Assembly (NCBI GenBank): GCA_963804995.1
Contig: CAWDSK010000002.1
Span: 288,001-352,000, forward strand
Source: an uncultured Acidobacteriota bacterium
GTDB lineage: Bacteria > Acidobacteriota > Terriglobia > UBA7540
DNA: 64,000 bases
Direction of reading: 5' to 3'
Of this stretch, positions 40,837 through 51,101 are shown piece after piece. The notes under the pieces were generated by a model. It made no database searches. It was given only the letters and a program-made list of their open reading frames with translations, and was not told the origin of the DNA. How positions within the stretch are numbered: the stretch's first letter is position 1; each line of letters begins with the position of its first letter. A program made the translations under genes and the position numbers.

Positions 40837-42133
40837 TCAGGCCGCACTTCCACCCGAGGCCCTCGCCCTCGCGTACAAGAGGACCAGCGACAATCCCAGG
40901 AGCGCCCAGATTTGATGCACCATGACGATGGGCTCCCACCAAAACTGGCGGGAAATTACCAGTGGAATAGTTCCTTGGGAACTGAGTATGTGCAGCAATG
41001 CCCCACCCGGGACGAGGAAAACTGCCACCAGGGCGAGACTGATTCGGGCAGCCGCGGCGAATTCGGAATGTAACTTGGCAAAGGCCCACGCCAGCGGAAG
41101 GACCAGAACGGCAGCTTCGTACGACCGGTGGTAAAGGGGGAGCAGACTCAGAACCGCCACCGTGCTCGCTTCAACGAGCTCCGTCGCGGAGTTTCGCTTT
41201 CGCGTGAAATAAAGGAAGGCTGCGACAAGCACTCCCGTGAGCGCATACGCCAATACATTGGCGGCGAGCGTACTGGGGAACATCGCGAAGAGCAGCACTT
41301 GCAAATTAATCATCGTGAATCGCATGGCGTTGGCACCGGTGAAATCTCCGCCTCCCCCAGGCACTTGGAGCCGTTGTAAGTTGGCGCTCAGGTCGGCCCA
41401 CCAGTGATTATCATGCATGCCCATCCAACCCACGGCGACCGCCATCACGACGGCTGTGCCGGCAAAACAGTATGCGCCTAAGCTCTTATCGCGCCGGATG
41501 AGCAGATAGTACAGCAGCAAGGCACATCCCAAGGGCGGTTTCAGGCAAAGGCTTATCGCCAGGAGCAAACCCGCCAGCCGTGGGCGCTGGCGCAGCGACG
41601 CCCACACCGCCAGGCCCGCGAGCGCGACTGAGAAAACCGCCGGATTCGCCAGATATATTCCCGTATGAAAGGGTGCGAGAGCGAGAGCCGCAGCCACGAA
41701 AAGCAACTTCCAATGGTTCGGGAGGGCTAACACAGAAGCCAGCATGAGGACGAGTAACACGACCGAGGCGGCTTCGGCTAGTATCCATGCTGTCATCGCT
41801 AGATGCCACGGTAGCATCGCAAAGGGTGCGATTAGCGGCAAGGTGGTCGGCGGATAGACGGGGTCGAGCGCGCATCACGCGATTAAATGAATCGGAAATG
41901 TCAAAGGGCTCCCCGCCGAGGGAGGTCCAGATGCGAACCAGGTTGGCGGCCTGGTAAGGTGGCGAGCCTTGCACCCAGGCCCGCGCCGCAAGATAAGGAC
42001 TGGCAAAATCATTCCACTCCAACCCAGGGTCGAATCCCCGGACCGGTCCCCGGATGAGAAACTCCGCGACGGCCATAAACAAAATACACAGAGCCAGGAC
42101 TCGGTACTTGTCGACTTCTCGAAAAGCAGACAT
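40837..42133 (-). CDS. GT87/DUF2029-like membrane glycosyltransferase; apparent +1 frameshift at about 41862
   Basis: NDFASPYLAARAW...G..PY, repaired VYPPTTL, LCLKPPLG, multiple TM helices. Confidence 0.75.
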
Positions 42134-42297
42134 CCCTCTCCTGACCTCCGGCCCTTGCGGGCGAAACGCCAGATGGTCGGCGCTTTAAACACAGATTTCC
42201 TTTTCGGCCGGGAGACTTATTCTCTCGTTAGGCAACAGTATATCTCACAGCGTCGTTCCAGGAAGTCTGTTGCATTGCGCCTTGGCGCCCCGAACGC

Positions 42298-42863
42298 CTA
42301 AAAGCTTTCGTCCAGGCTGATCTCCGTGAGGATCTGGTTGAGTTGGTCAGTGGCCTGCTGATTCTTGCCCTGCAGGTCGGCGAGTTGGCTGCGCAGCGCG
42401 GCGAGGCGGTCTTCCTGCACATCCAACTGGTGCGTGTAGCGTTGCAGCAGGGATTTTTCCTCCGGGCTTCCCTTGAGCGCCTTCATGTTCTCGCGGATGC
42501 GCCCCTGGTCAGCCGTAATCGAGTCCACTTCCTGCTGGCGCGATTTCAACTGCGCGTCGAGCCCCGCGATCACCCCCTTCTGGTCCAGCACGCGCTTGAA
42601 CGCCTGTTCCATGGCCGGCGTCAGACGCTTCTGCTCAGTCAGCACGGCGATGTATTCGCTTGAGACGTTGCTCAGCACGATTTCCGCGGTCTCGGGATGA
42701 AACTCCTCCACCACGAGTTGTGCACCCTTCTTCGCTTCCACCGGCACTCGGAAGCGATAGAGGGATGCTGTCGTCTCGTCCGGCTTCACGCCGTCAGCGA
42801 GCTTCCAATCCTCGCGCGCCGGGTGCTCGATGATGACCACGCGCGCCGTCGTGTCAGAGGAGC
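42298..42863 (-). pseudogene. C-terminal fragment of a DUF4139-like coiled-coil protein, truncated at a REP
   Basis: VIIEHP...YRFRVPV...DQGRIRENMKAL; protein-like sequence begins exactly at the REP edge and the 5' part is absent. Confidence 0.65.
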
Positions 42864-42996
42864 GTAGCGCGGACCTCCGTTTTTGAGGTCCGCGGCCCTT
42901 CCTGCGAAAAATCACAGATGACCATGAGGGGGGCTGCCCGCGGATTCGGTAGCGTGAACTTAAGGAAGAGCCGCAGACCTCAAAAGCGGAGGTCTG
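42864..42996. repeat. Inverted pair of GTAG REPs (REPIN); second REP split by the intron
   Basis: GTAG-CGCGGACCTC-cgttttt-GAGGTCCGCG at 42864-42898; gagccgcagacctcaaaagcggaggtctg|cgctac completed at 44910-44915. Confidence 0.85.
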
Positions 42997-44909
42997 GTGC
43001 GCCGGGATAAACCGGCAGAAAGCAGAGAATGAAAATTTCTCACGAGGAAGGAGCAGCGATCCACTCGGCCCCGAGTTTTGCGCTGGGCGTCGTGAGGCGC
43101 ACGGTGAAGCGTAAACAGGGGAATAGGTGGGCTGGGTATTGAGCTTCGAAAATGTCCAATCAGGACGCCGACGTTTTCAGACTAAACGGAAGGCAACATG
43201 AGGCCGGGACGCCAACGCGAGTTCCGGCACAGTCCTGCGTAGTCGTAGACCCCAGACACGCCTAGACACTTTCTGCACGAGAACCGGGAGACCTCGGAGG
43301 CGCCGGCCGCCGTAGATCGTGGCCGGACGGCGGGAAAAGGCGATGGCCGTACAGCCCGCCTGCACGCTTTCGAGGAGTCGGACAGCGGAACAGTACCGAT
43401 GAATCATTTGAACAAAGACGGGAAGCCGTTGGCGGAGAATGAGGAGGGAAGGCCGCTGATCAAGGAGAACACCCGTTGGCCTAACACGCACCCGACACAG
43501 AGCGGGGCACGCGTGTCCCAGGGACTCGCGGGTGTGCGGAAAGCCGCGAAGGAACACAGGGAGATGAAGTTCACGGCCTTGCTCCACCACTTAACGGTCG
43601 ATCTGCTGCGGGAAAGCTTTTACGCCTTGAAGCGAAAAGCTGCACCGGGAGTAGACGGCATGACGTGGCAGGAGTATGAAAGCGGGCTGGAAGGTCGACT
43701 CGTCGATCTGCACAGCCGGGTCCACCGCGGAGCATTCCGAGCGAAGCCCTCGCGAAGGGCGTATATCCCGAAAGGCGACGGGCGGCAACGTCCGTTGGGG
43801 GTTGCGGCACTGGAGGACAAGATCGTCCAACAGGCCGTGGTCACCATCCTCAATGCGATTTACGAGGAAGACTTTCTGGGCTTCTCGTATGGCTTTCGAC
43901 CGGGATGCAGCCAGCATCAAGCGCTGGACGCGCTCTCGTACGCGCTCACGGTGAAGCACGTGAACTACGTTCTTGACGCGGACATTCGTGGATTTTTCGA
44001 TTCGATATCCCACGAATGGATGCTCAAGTTCGTGCAGCATCGCGTCGCCGACCCCCGGATTCTCCGGCTCATCCAGAAATGGCTGAAAGCCGGGGTGAGG
44101 GAGGAAGGCGAATGGTCGGAGACGGAGATGGGTACGCCACAAGGGGCGGTGGTCTCGCCCCTGCTGGCGAATATCTATCTGCACTACGTCTTTGACCTGT
44201 GGGTGCAGGCGTGGCGCAAGAAGCACGCCCGGGGAGACGTGGTCGTGGTGCGGTATGCCGACGATACGGTCCTTGGATTCCAATCGCAGACGGAAGCCGA
44301 CCGCTTTCTGGAGGATTTCCGGGAGCGGGTGGGGAAGTTTGGATTGGAACGGCATCCTGACAAAACGCGCCGGATCGAGTTCGGGCCGTTTGCCGAACTT
44401 TACCGGAAACGGAGAGGAGAAGGTAAGCCGGAGACGTTCGACTTTCTGGGCTTCACGCATATCAGCGGGAAGAACCGGAGGGGGCAATTTACCGTGAAGC
44501 GGAAGACGATCAGCAAGCGCCTGCGGGGGAAGTTGCAGGAACTCAAGCAACAACTCCGGCAGCGTCGGCACGATCCCATCGCGGATACGGGTAAATGGCT
44601 CCGGTCGGTCGTGCAAGGCTACTTCAACTATCACGCGGTACCGGGAAACCTCGACCGCCTGCGAATCTTTCGGGAACGGTTGACCCGACTGTGGCGAACA
44701 CAACTGCGTCAACGCAGTCAACGCCACCGCCTCAACTGGGACCGACTGGGGAAGCTTGCGGCCTGCTGGTTGCCTGCTCCGCACGTTGTGCATCCTTGGC
44801 CATCCCAACGGTTCGCCGCCACACATCCGAGATAAGAGCCGTATGCGCTAACCAGCGCACGTACGGATCCGTGCGGGGGGTACCGGGTAACCGGTATCCC
44901 TACCGCAAC
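42997..44909 (+). mobile_element. Complete group II intron (1913 nt)
   Basis: 5' GTGCG; domain V gAGCcgtatgcgctaaccagcgcacgtacggatc; domain VI ending ccctaccgcAAC; RT ORF inside. Confidence 0.93.
43399..44835 (+). CDS. ltrA: Group II intron reverse transcriptase/maturase (no endonuclease domain)
   Basis: AAPGVDG, RPLG, SYGFRPG, GTPQG, RYADD, FDFLGF, GYFNYH; exact start uncertain. Confidence 0.95.
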   Translation: MNHLNKDGKPLAENEEGRPLIKENTRWPNTHPTQSGARVSQGLAGVRKAAKEHREMKFTALLHHLTVDLLRESFYALKRKAAPGVDGMTWQEYESGLEGRLVDLHSRVHRGAFRAKPSRRAYIPKGDGRQRPLGVAALEDKIVQQAVVTILNAIYEEDFLGFSYGFRPGCSQHQALDALSYALTVKHVNYVLDADIRGFFDSISHEWMLKFVQHRVADPRILRLIQKWLKAGVREEGEWSETEMGTPQGAVVSPLLANIYLHYVFDLWVQAWRKKHARGDVVVVRYADDTVLGFQSQTEADRFLEDFRERVGKFGLERHPDKTRRIEFGPFAELYRKRRGEGKPETFDFLGFTHISGKNRRGQFTVKRKTISKRLRGKLQELKQQLRQRRHDPIADTGKWLRSVVQGYFNYHAVPGNLDRLRIFRERLTRLWRTQLRQRSQRHRLNWDRLGKLAACWLPAPHVVHPWPSQRFAATHPR

Positions 44910-44915
44910 CGCTAC

Positions 44916-45010
44916 ACTGGCGCCGTCACTCAGCAATCGAGAGAGATTGTCGTAAGACGTGTCCACACCATTCGGCCGCGTCAGGGAAGTCCGCCGCCCC
45001 GCAAAGCTCG
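44916..45010 (-). pseudogene. Short RHS/YD-repeat remnant
   Basis: Minus frame AGRRTSLTRPNGVDTSYDNLSRLLS resembles a YD repeat. Confidence 0.45.
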
Positions 45011-45244
45011 GGGTTAGGGATTCGGGGTTGGCGATTGGGGGGTGGCGCATACGTGGCGTATTTTGACATGTATGCGGTCACTACGTTTGGTTTATGTGTA
45101 GCGGTTGCGAAGAGACCCCTCATTCGTTTTTCAGCACCCCACTTTTATCCTTTCAGCACCACCGGCCAATCCCTTGTTCAGCACCACCGCATTATTCCCT
45201 TTTCAGCACCACCCCGGCGCTCTGAGCGCCACCCCTCCTCATCT

Positions 45245-45343
45245 GAGGCGGTCTCACAACTAGCAAATTCACGGTTTTTACGACGAATAATCAATAACTT
45301 ACGCTGTGCAAAAGTCAGAAATACCTAGTTTTGAGACAGCCTC
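45245..45343. mobile_element. 99-bp MITE with 19-bp imperfect TIRs and 4-bp TSD (ATCT), inserted in a palindrome
   Basis: atct|gaggcggtctcacaactag...ctagttttgagacagcctc|atct. Confidence 0.75.
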
Positions 45344-45615
45344 ATCTGAGGCGGGGAGTGTTTTTAAGAACTCCCCTCCTGATTTCCGTGGCGGTCCGAC
45401 CGCCGGGGTGGTTACGGTGGGTGGCACCTTGGGCGCCGGCGAGGTTATCCGCGTTGCGGCGCACTTCCGCAATATAGGGAATTGATTTGACAATCGATAC
45501 AGGGTTACCTATCCTGAATTGCTTCGGCTCAGACAGCTCGAAACTCTCGGCGAACCCCGCAAGGTCCACTTAGGTTTTTCCGAGGCCGCATACCACCCAT
45601 AAAGGACAACCCTTC

Positions 45616-46776
45616 ATGCCTGGCATTATTAAAGAGAGACTCTTCACTCCCGGTCCTACTCCTCTGCTAATGGAGGCGCAGGCACGTACCCTGACGGCGG
45701 CCAACGTTCACCATCGCACCGAAGCGTTTCGCAAAATCATGACGGAGACGCTCGGTTTGCTGAAGTACTACTACGGCACCCAGAACGACGTGCTGATTTT
45801 CGCGAGTTCCGGGACGGGGGCCATGGAAGGCTCGCTGACGAACCTCCTCTCCCCGGGCGAGCGTGTGCTGGTGGGCACGGCCGGCAAGTTCGGCGAACGC
45901 TGGTTGGGACTCGCCCAGGCCTACGGGATCGAAGCGGTGAAGGTGGAATCGCCTTACGGGCAGCCTGTGAACATCGACGCCATGAAGCAGAAGCTGGCCA
46001 CGGACGGTCCCTTCCGCGCCGTGTTCATCCAGGCCACGGAAACTTCCACGGCGGTGATGAACGATGTGCGCGCGCTAGGTGAGGCGGTGAAGAATTATCC
46101 CGAAACCGCATTGGTGGTTGACGCCATCACCGGCCTTGGAACCTCCGATCTGCGCATCGAGGAGTGGGGGCTTGACATTGTGATTGGCGGCTCGCAAAAG
46201 GCGGTGATGATTCCCCCCGGCCTGGCGTTTGTGAGTGTCAGTGAAAAGGCCTGGGGGCTGATTGCGAAGTCCAAGCTGCCGCGCTTCTATTTCGATTTCT
46301 CCAAGGAACGCAAGAACCAGGCGAAGGGTGAGACGGCTTACACGCCAGCCACCACGCTCATCATCAGCCTGCACGCGGCGCTCGAGTATATTCAGAAGCT
46401 GGGTCGCGAGAATCTGATTGCCAACGCGGCGCTGCTGGCGGAAGCTTCACGCGCCGCGGCGCAGGCGCTGGGGCTGAAGCTGTTTGCATCCAGTTCGCCC
46501 GCCAACGCCGCCACGGCTGTTTGCGCGCCCGCGGGCCTCGATTCCGGCTCCATCGTCAAGGAATTGCGCACGCGCTTTGGCGCCGTGATTGCCAACGGCC
46601 AGGGCAGCATGAAAGGCCTGATTTTCCGCCTGGCGCATCTGGGCTACTACGACATCACTGATCTGTTCGCGATCTTCGCGGCGCTCGAAATCGTGCTGTT
46701 GAAGCTGGGGCAGAAAGTGGAACTCGGTTCCGGCGTGCGCGCCGTGGAAGAGGTTTATCTGCGGCACGAGGCGTAA
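45616..46776 (+). CDS. Class V PLP aminotransferase (serine-pyruvate/alanine-glyoxylate family; probable phosphoserine aminotransferase role)
   Basis: LFTPGPT, SSGTGAME, VVDAIT, GSQKAVMIPPG; adjacent to serA. Confidence 0.9.
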   Translation: MPGIIKERLFTPGPTPLLMEAQARTLTAANVHHRTEAFRKIMTETLGLLKYYYGTQNDVLIFASSGTGAMEGSLTNLLSPGERVLVGTAGKFGERWLGLAQAYGIEAVKVESPYGQPVNIDAMKQKLATDGPFRAVFIQATETSTAVMNDVRALGEAVKNYPETALVVDAITGLGTSDLRIEEWGLDIVIGGSQKAVMIPPGLAFVSVSEKAWGLIAKSKLPRFYFDFSKERKNQAKGETAYTPATTLIISLHAALEYIQKLGRENLIANAALLAEASRAAAQALGLKLFASSSPANAATAVCAPAGLDSGSIVKELRTRFGAVIANGQGSMKGLIFRLAHLGYYDITDLFAIFAALEIVLLKLGQKVELGSGVRAVEEVYLRHEA

Positions 46777-46780
46777 AAGC

Positions 46781-46914
46781 TGTCCGTGGTCCGTTGTCTG
46801 TTGCCAGCAGTCAATTGTCAGTTTTCCGTTCGGCCCTGCCCCCCTTGTAAGTATGGATGGGTACTTGAAGGGGGGTGCTAAGACAACTGACAACGGACTA
46901 CGGACAGCTGACAC
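46781..46914. repeat. Inverted blocks of heptamer repeats (GTCCGTT/GTCAGTT and AACTGAC/AACGGAC)
   Basis: Read directly from the aminotransferase-serA spacer. Confidence 0.7.
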
Positions 46915-46953
46915 CAAACAGAAACACACCAATCTATTGTGGGAATCAAAATC

Positions 46954-48534
46954 ATGAAAATTCTCATTGCTGACAATGTCTCGGAGCGTGCCGTTGAAAT
47001 CCTTAAAGCGGAGGAATCCTGGAACGTCGTCTTCCTCCCCAAGAAGCCGGGGGCGACCGCTGCCGAGGAGGTGCGCGACGCCGATGCGTTGATCGTGCGC
47101 AGCGCCACCAAGGTGACTGCCCAGTTGCTTCAAAATGCTGAGCGGCTGCGCGTGATCGGCCGCGCCGGGGTGGGCGTGGACAACGTGGACCTGGACGCCG
47201 CTACGCAGAAAGGCGTGGTGGTGATGAACACGCCGGGCGGCAACGCTGTGAGCGTGGCCGAACACACGCTGGCGCTGCTGCTGGCGCTGGCCCGGCGCAT
47301 CCCGCAGGCTGACGCCTCCATGAAGCGGGGCCAATGGGAAAAGAAGAAACTCCAGGGGACGGAATTGCGCGGCAAGACGTTGGGGCTGGTCGGCGTAGGG
47401 CGGATCGGCTCCGAGGTGGCACGCCTGGCGAAAGCCTTGGAGATGGAACTGATCGCCTACGATCCCTACGTCTCATCGCTTCTGGCAGGTGAGTTGGAAC
47501 TCAAGCTGGCCACGCTCGAGGAGGTGCTGAAGACAGCCGATTTTATCAGCCTGCACGCCTCCTCGACGCCGGAGACCCACCATCTGATCAATGCCCGGAC
47601 GCTGGCGCTCGCCTCACCCGGGGTGCGCATTGTGAACTGCGCGCGCGGCGAACTGATCGATGAAGCTGCTTTGCTCGCGGCGCTGGAATGTGGACTGGTG
47701 GCCGGCGCGGCGCTCGATGTTTTTGAATCCGAGCCTCCCAAGGATTCCAAGCTCGTCGCCCATCCCAATGTTATCTCAACGCCACACATCGCCGGGTCGA
47801 CCGAGGAGGCCCAGGAAATCGTGGGCATCCGCATCGCCGAGCAGGTGCGAGATTTCCTGCTGCTGGGTGTGGCGCGCAACGCCGTCAACATGCCGGCAAT
47901 CTCCCCTGAGGAATTTAAGAAGCTCGAACCCTACATCCAGCTCGGGGAAAAGCTGGGGGCGTTTGCGGCGCAGATTGCGGGCGAAAGAATCCGTGAGGTG
48001 CAGATCAGTTACGACGGCGGGCTGGTGGAGCTCAATACCCACCTGGTGAAGAACGCGGTGCTGAAGGGAGTCCTCTCGCACGCGCTCTCCGAACCGGTAA
48101 ACCTGGTTAACGCCGGGGCGCTCGCGCAACAGCGGGGGGTGGAAGTGGCGGAACGGCGCAGCGGGCGGCGCGCGGCATTCTCTAACTCGCTCGGTATCGC
48201 GCTTACGACGGAGGGGGAATCCGCCACAGTGCTGGGGATGGTGGGGCTGCGCGGCGTCCTGCGCATTCTGGGCATCAACGACATCGATATCGAAGCACCC
48301 CTGCGCGGCGTGCTCCTCTACATTCGCAACCAGGATGTGCCGGGGGTCATTGGACGCGTGGGCACGATTCTGGGCGACCGCAAAATCAATATCGCCAACT
48401 TTGCCTTGGGACGAAACCCCCAAACCCAGCAGGCGCTCGGCCTGGTCAACGTGGATAATCACGTGCCTGACGAGGTGCTGAACGAAATCCGGGCCATCCC
48501 CGCCGTGCGCACGGCTCGGGTGGTGGAAGTCTAG
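46954..48534 (+). CDS. serA: D-3-phosphoglycerate dehydrogenase with ACT domain
   Basis: GRAGVGVDNVD, GVGRIG, NCARG, TPHIAGST, C-terminal DVPGVIGRVG ACT domain. Confidence 0.96.
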   Translation: MKILIADNVSERAVEILKAEESWNVVFLPKKPGATAAEEVRDADALIVRSATKVTAQLLQNAERLRVIGRAGVGVDNVDLDAATQKGVVVMNTPGGNAVSVAEHTLALLLALARRIPQADASMKRGQWEKKKLQGTELRGKTLGLVGVGRIGSEVARLAKALEMELIAYDPYVSSLLAGELELKLATLEEVLKTADFISLHASSTPETHHLINARTLALASPGVRIVNCARGELIDEAALLAALECGLVAGAALDVFESEPPKDSKLVAHPNVISTPHIAGSTEEAQEIVGIRIAEQVRDFLLLGVARNAVNMPAISPEEFKKLEPYIQLGEKLGAFAAQIAGERIREVQISYDGGLVELNTHLVKNAVLKGVLSHALSEPVNLVNAGALAQQRGVEVAERRSGRRAAFSNSLGIALTTEGESATVLGMVGLRGVLRILGINDIDIEAPLRGVLLYIRNQDVPGVIGRVGTILGDRKINIANFALGRNPQTQQALGLVNVDNHVPDEVLNEIRAIPAVRTARVVEV

Positions 48535-48663
48535 CGCTGTGCCGCTTGACAGGAGTAGCGGTTAACGGTAGGGTTTGCGTCAGGGAGCTGAACAGGCGTC
48601 AACCGAACGTCTGAATAGAAAAATGCAGGGGAGGGCCCGTCTCCCGGGTGTCTGGAGGCGTTC

Positions 48664-49848
48664 ATGAGCGCTGTCGCTGAACCTGTTGCCATTCCTGCGG
48701 AGCGAATGCCGGCTCCTCAACCTCCGGTGACCAAGGACCGCCTGCTTTCCCTGGACGTGTTTCGCGGGATCACGCTTGCGGCCATGATCTTCGTGAACGC
48801 TCATGTCGATGGGCTCGGATACCCCCCCATCATGCACGCCCACTGGCATGGGTGGGGGCTTGCCGATCTTTGCTTCCCCTTTTTTCTTTTCATAGTAGGG
48901 GTGGCCATCCCTTATGCCTTTGCCAGTCGGCTGGACCGCGGGGTGAGCCCCAGCAAGCTGTACAACCATATCGTTTCCCGGTCGGCTATTATTTTTGCGT
49001 GCGGGCTCTTCCAGAACTGTATTCCCCTGGACGACGATCCGTGGTTCCATTTCTCCACCTTCCGCATTCTCGGAACCATGCAGCGAATCGCCTTGTGCTA
49101 TCTCATCGTTTCCATCATGTATCTGAAGAACGCAAAAACCAGGGGACTCGCCGTGATTACGGGGTCGCTGCTGGTGTTTTATTTCATCATGCTGAAGTTC
49201 GTGCCAGTGCCCGGCCACGGCGCCGGCATACTGGCGAGAGATGGTAATTGGGTGCAGTTTATCGACATGCATCTGATGCGGGGCCACCTTCAAACCCCCA
49301 ACTTTGAAGGGAAAGGCGTGTTGAGCACGCTGCCCGCTATTGCCAATACGCTGATAGGAGTCATGGTGGGCATGCACCTCCGGTCAGCGCGGTCGGCGCT
49401 CGAAAAAATAGCTCAGTTTTTCTTGATCGGAAACGTGATGATGTTCCTGGGTTTATTTTGGAGTATTTGGTTTCCCATCAACCAAAACCTCTGGAGCAGT
49501 TCCCTGGTGCTTTTCATGTGTGGAATGGCGACGGTCATCCTGGCTGGCTGTTACTATGTGGCGGACGTCCGGAAAGTCACTTGGTGGACCAAGCCCTTTG
49601 TCATTCTGGGGGTCAATTCCCTCGCGGTTTACAATGGAACTTGGATATTCATGTCGGTCCTGGACAAAATCAAGGTGCATCCAGCGGACGGCACCGTCAT
49701 TTCCGTGTGGCACCTGATCTATTACCGTGGCTTTGCTTCCTGGGCGGGCCCGGTGCCGGCTTCGCTGCCCTTTGGCTTTTCCAATGTCCTCTTGTTCCTC
49801 GCCCTTCTAACCTGGATGTATAAAAAACGAATTTTCCTCAAGGCTTGA
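48664..49848 (+). CDS. HGSNAT/NagX-like membrane acyltransferase
   Basis: RLLSLDVFRG, ADLCFPFFLFIVG, GTMQRIALCY, PINQNLWSSS. Confidence 0.85.
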   Translation: MSAVAEPVAIPAERMPAPQPPVTKDRLLSLDVFRGITLAAMIFVNAHVDGLGYPPIMHAHWHGWGLADLCFPFFLFIVGVAIPYAFASRLDRGVSPSKLYNHIVSRSAIIFACGLFQNCIPLDDDPWFHFSTFRILGTMQRIALCYLIVSIMYLKNAKTRGLAVITGSLLVFYFIMLKFVPVPGHGAGILARDGNWVQFIDMHLMRGHLQTPNFEGKGVLSTLPAIANTLIGVMVGMHLRSARSALEKIAQFFLIGNVMMFLGLFWSIWFPINQNLWSSSLVLFMCGMATVILAGCYYVADVRKVTWWTKPFVILGVNSLAVYNGTWIFMSVLDKIKVHPADGTVISVWHLIYYRGFASWAGPVPASLPFGFSNVLLFLALLTWMYKKRIFLKA

Positions 49849-49865
49849 GGCGGGCCATTGAATCG

Positions 49866-50324
49866 ATGGCGACCTGGGTCTTCAAAATCAACACCAAGCG
49901 GGGCTGGGAATTCGACCAGTATTTTCGCTCCCGCACGCGCGGCGTCTTCGAAATGGGCGATGAAGGCTGGATTCGCAGCGCCTCGAGCCTGCGTTACCTT
50001 CGGGAAGAAGTGAAGCGCGGCGACCTGTTTCTTTGCTATGAGACGGACCGCAAACAGGTGCTGGGAGTGGCCCGCGCCGCTTCTGACGGCCGCGATGTGG
50101 GCCTGGGATCGTTGATCGATTTCTGTCCGCCGCGCCAGGCCGTGCGCCTGCAGAACCCTCTTACGCGGAACCCGGACCTCGATCACATTCTTGCTTTCAG
50201 TCCCCAGCGGGGGCGCGGGACAGTGCAGAGGATCGACGCCGATGAGTTCCGCCGCTTGCGCCGGATCATTCTTAAGAAGAATCCCGGGCAAGCCGAGAAG
50301 TTGCGTGTCTTGCTGGGCGAATGA
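49866..50324 (+). CDS. EVE/PUA-like domain protein
   Basis: WVFKIN...VKRGDLFLCYET...VLGVARA pattern. Confidence 0.55.
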   Translation: MATWVFKINTKRGWEFDQYFRSRTRGVFEMGDEGWIRSASSLRYLREEVKRGDLFLCYETDRKQVLGVARAASDGRDVGLGSLIDFCPPRQAVRLQNPLTRNPDLDHILAFSPQRGRGTVQRIDADEFRRLRRIILKKNPGQAEKLRVLLGE

Positions 50325-50402
50325 CCCGCCGCCTCTTTGGCGAAGGCGTCTCCGGCCGGCACGGCGCGATATACACAATCTTTAATTGAGGAGGATAATC
50401 TC

Positions 50403-50768
50403 ATGACCAAGTTTTTTTCCGGACTGCTGCTCGGACTTCTGGGGTCCGTGCTGATCCTTACGGCCCAGCAGCGCCCTAGCCAAAAGGTAATTCCACCGCA
50501 GGTGATTCTGGACAACGCCAAAGTTAGAATCGTCCGCTGGGTCTTGAAGCCGGGCGAAGGAACGCCGGTGCACCAGCATGTCCTTGACCACGTCTCGGTG
50601 GTTATTCACGGCTCGACAACGCGCTCCTTCCCCACCGAGGGTGCGCCCAAAGATACAACCCAAACTTCCGGACAGGTCGAGTTCGTCCCGGGGACCGGCA
50701 GCAGCCACTCTTTCACGAACGTCGGCCATGAAACCTGGGAGTCGATTGCCATTGAATTGAAGAAGTGA
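50403..50768 (+). CDS. Secreted cupin-domain protein
   Basis: Signal peptide; LKPGEGTPVHQH...HSFTNVG. Confidence 0.8.
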   Translation: MTKFFSGLLLGLLGSVLILTAQQRPSQKVIPPQVILDNAKVRIVRWVLKPGEGTPVHQHVLDHVSVVIHGSTTRSFPTEGAPKDTTQTSGQVEFVPGTGSSHSFTNVGHETWESIAIELKK

Positions 50769-50840
50769 ACCGGCTTTGGTTCGCTTCGAATCACGCCGGC
50801 TGCGCAGGGTGGAGGAGCCGCAACCAAACGAGAATCATAG

Positions 50841-50972
50841 CCCTCTCCGAGGGGAGAGGGTGGACCGCAGCCGGCGTACTCATCAGCCGGGGCGGGACGG
50901 GCCTACGCCCACCGAAGGGGCAAATAGGAACAGTAAACAACTTCAGCTTCGGCCCGCAGGCGGGTGAGGGGT
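50841..50972. repeat. CCCTCTCC...GGGTGAGGGG dispersed repeat carrying an internal insert
   Basis: Matches copies at 54776-54848 and (inverted) 55107-55180. Confidence 0.75.
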
Positions 50973-51101
50973 CACTTTCGGGAAGTAGCTCAATATTCTT
51001 GCTAAAAAAACGAGGAGTTACGGTATTGCATTGCAGGGTGGAGTTACTCCGCATTCCATAAACGCCTGGAGTCGCACCTTCCAGCGAACGAGAGGCGAGA
51101 C

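Noticed and set aside
50975..51101. Purine riboswitch before the NCS2 permease
   Set aside because: No purine aptamer core motifs recognisable
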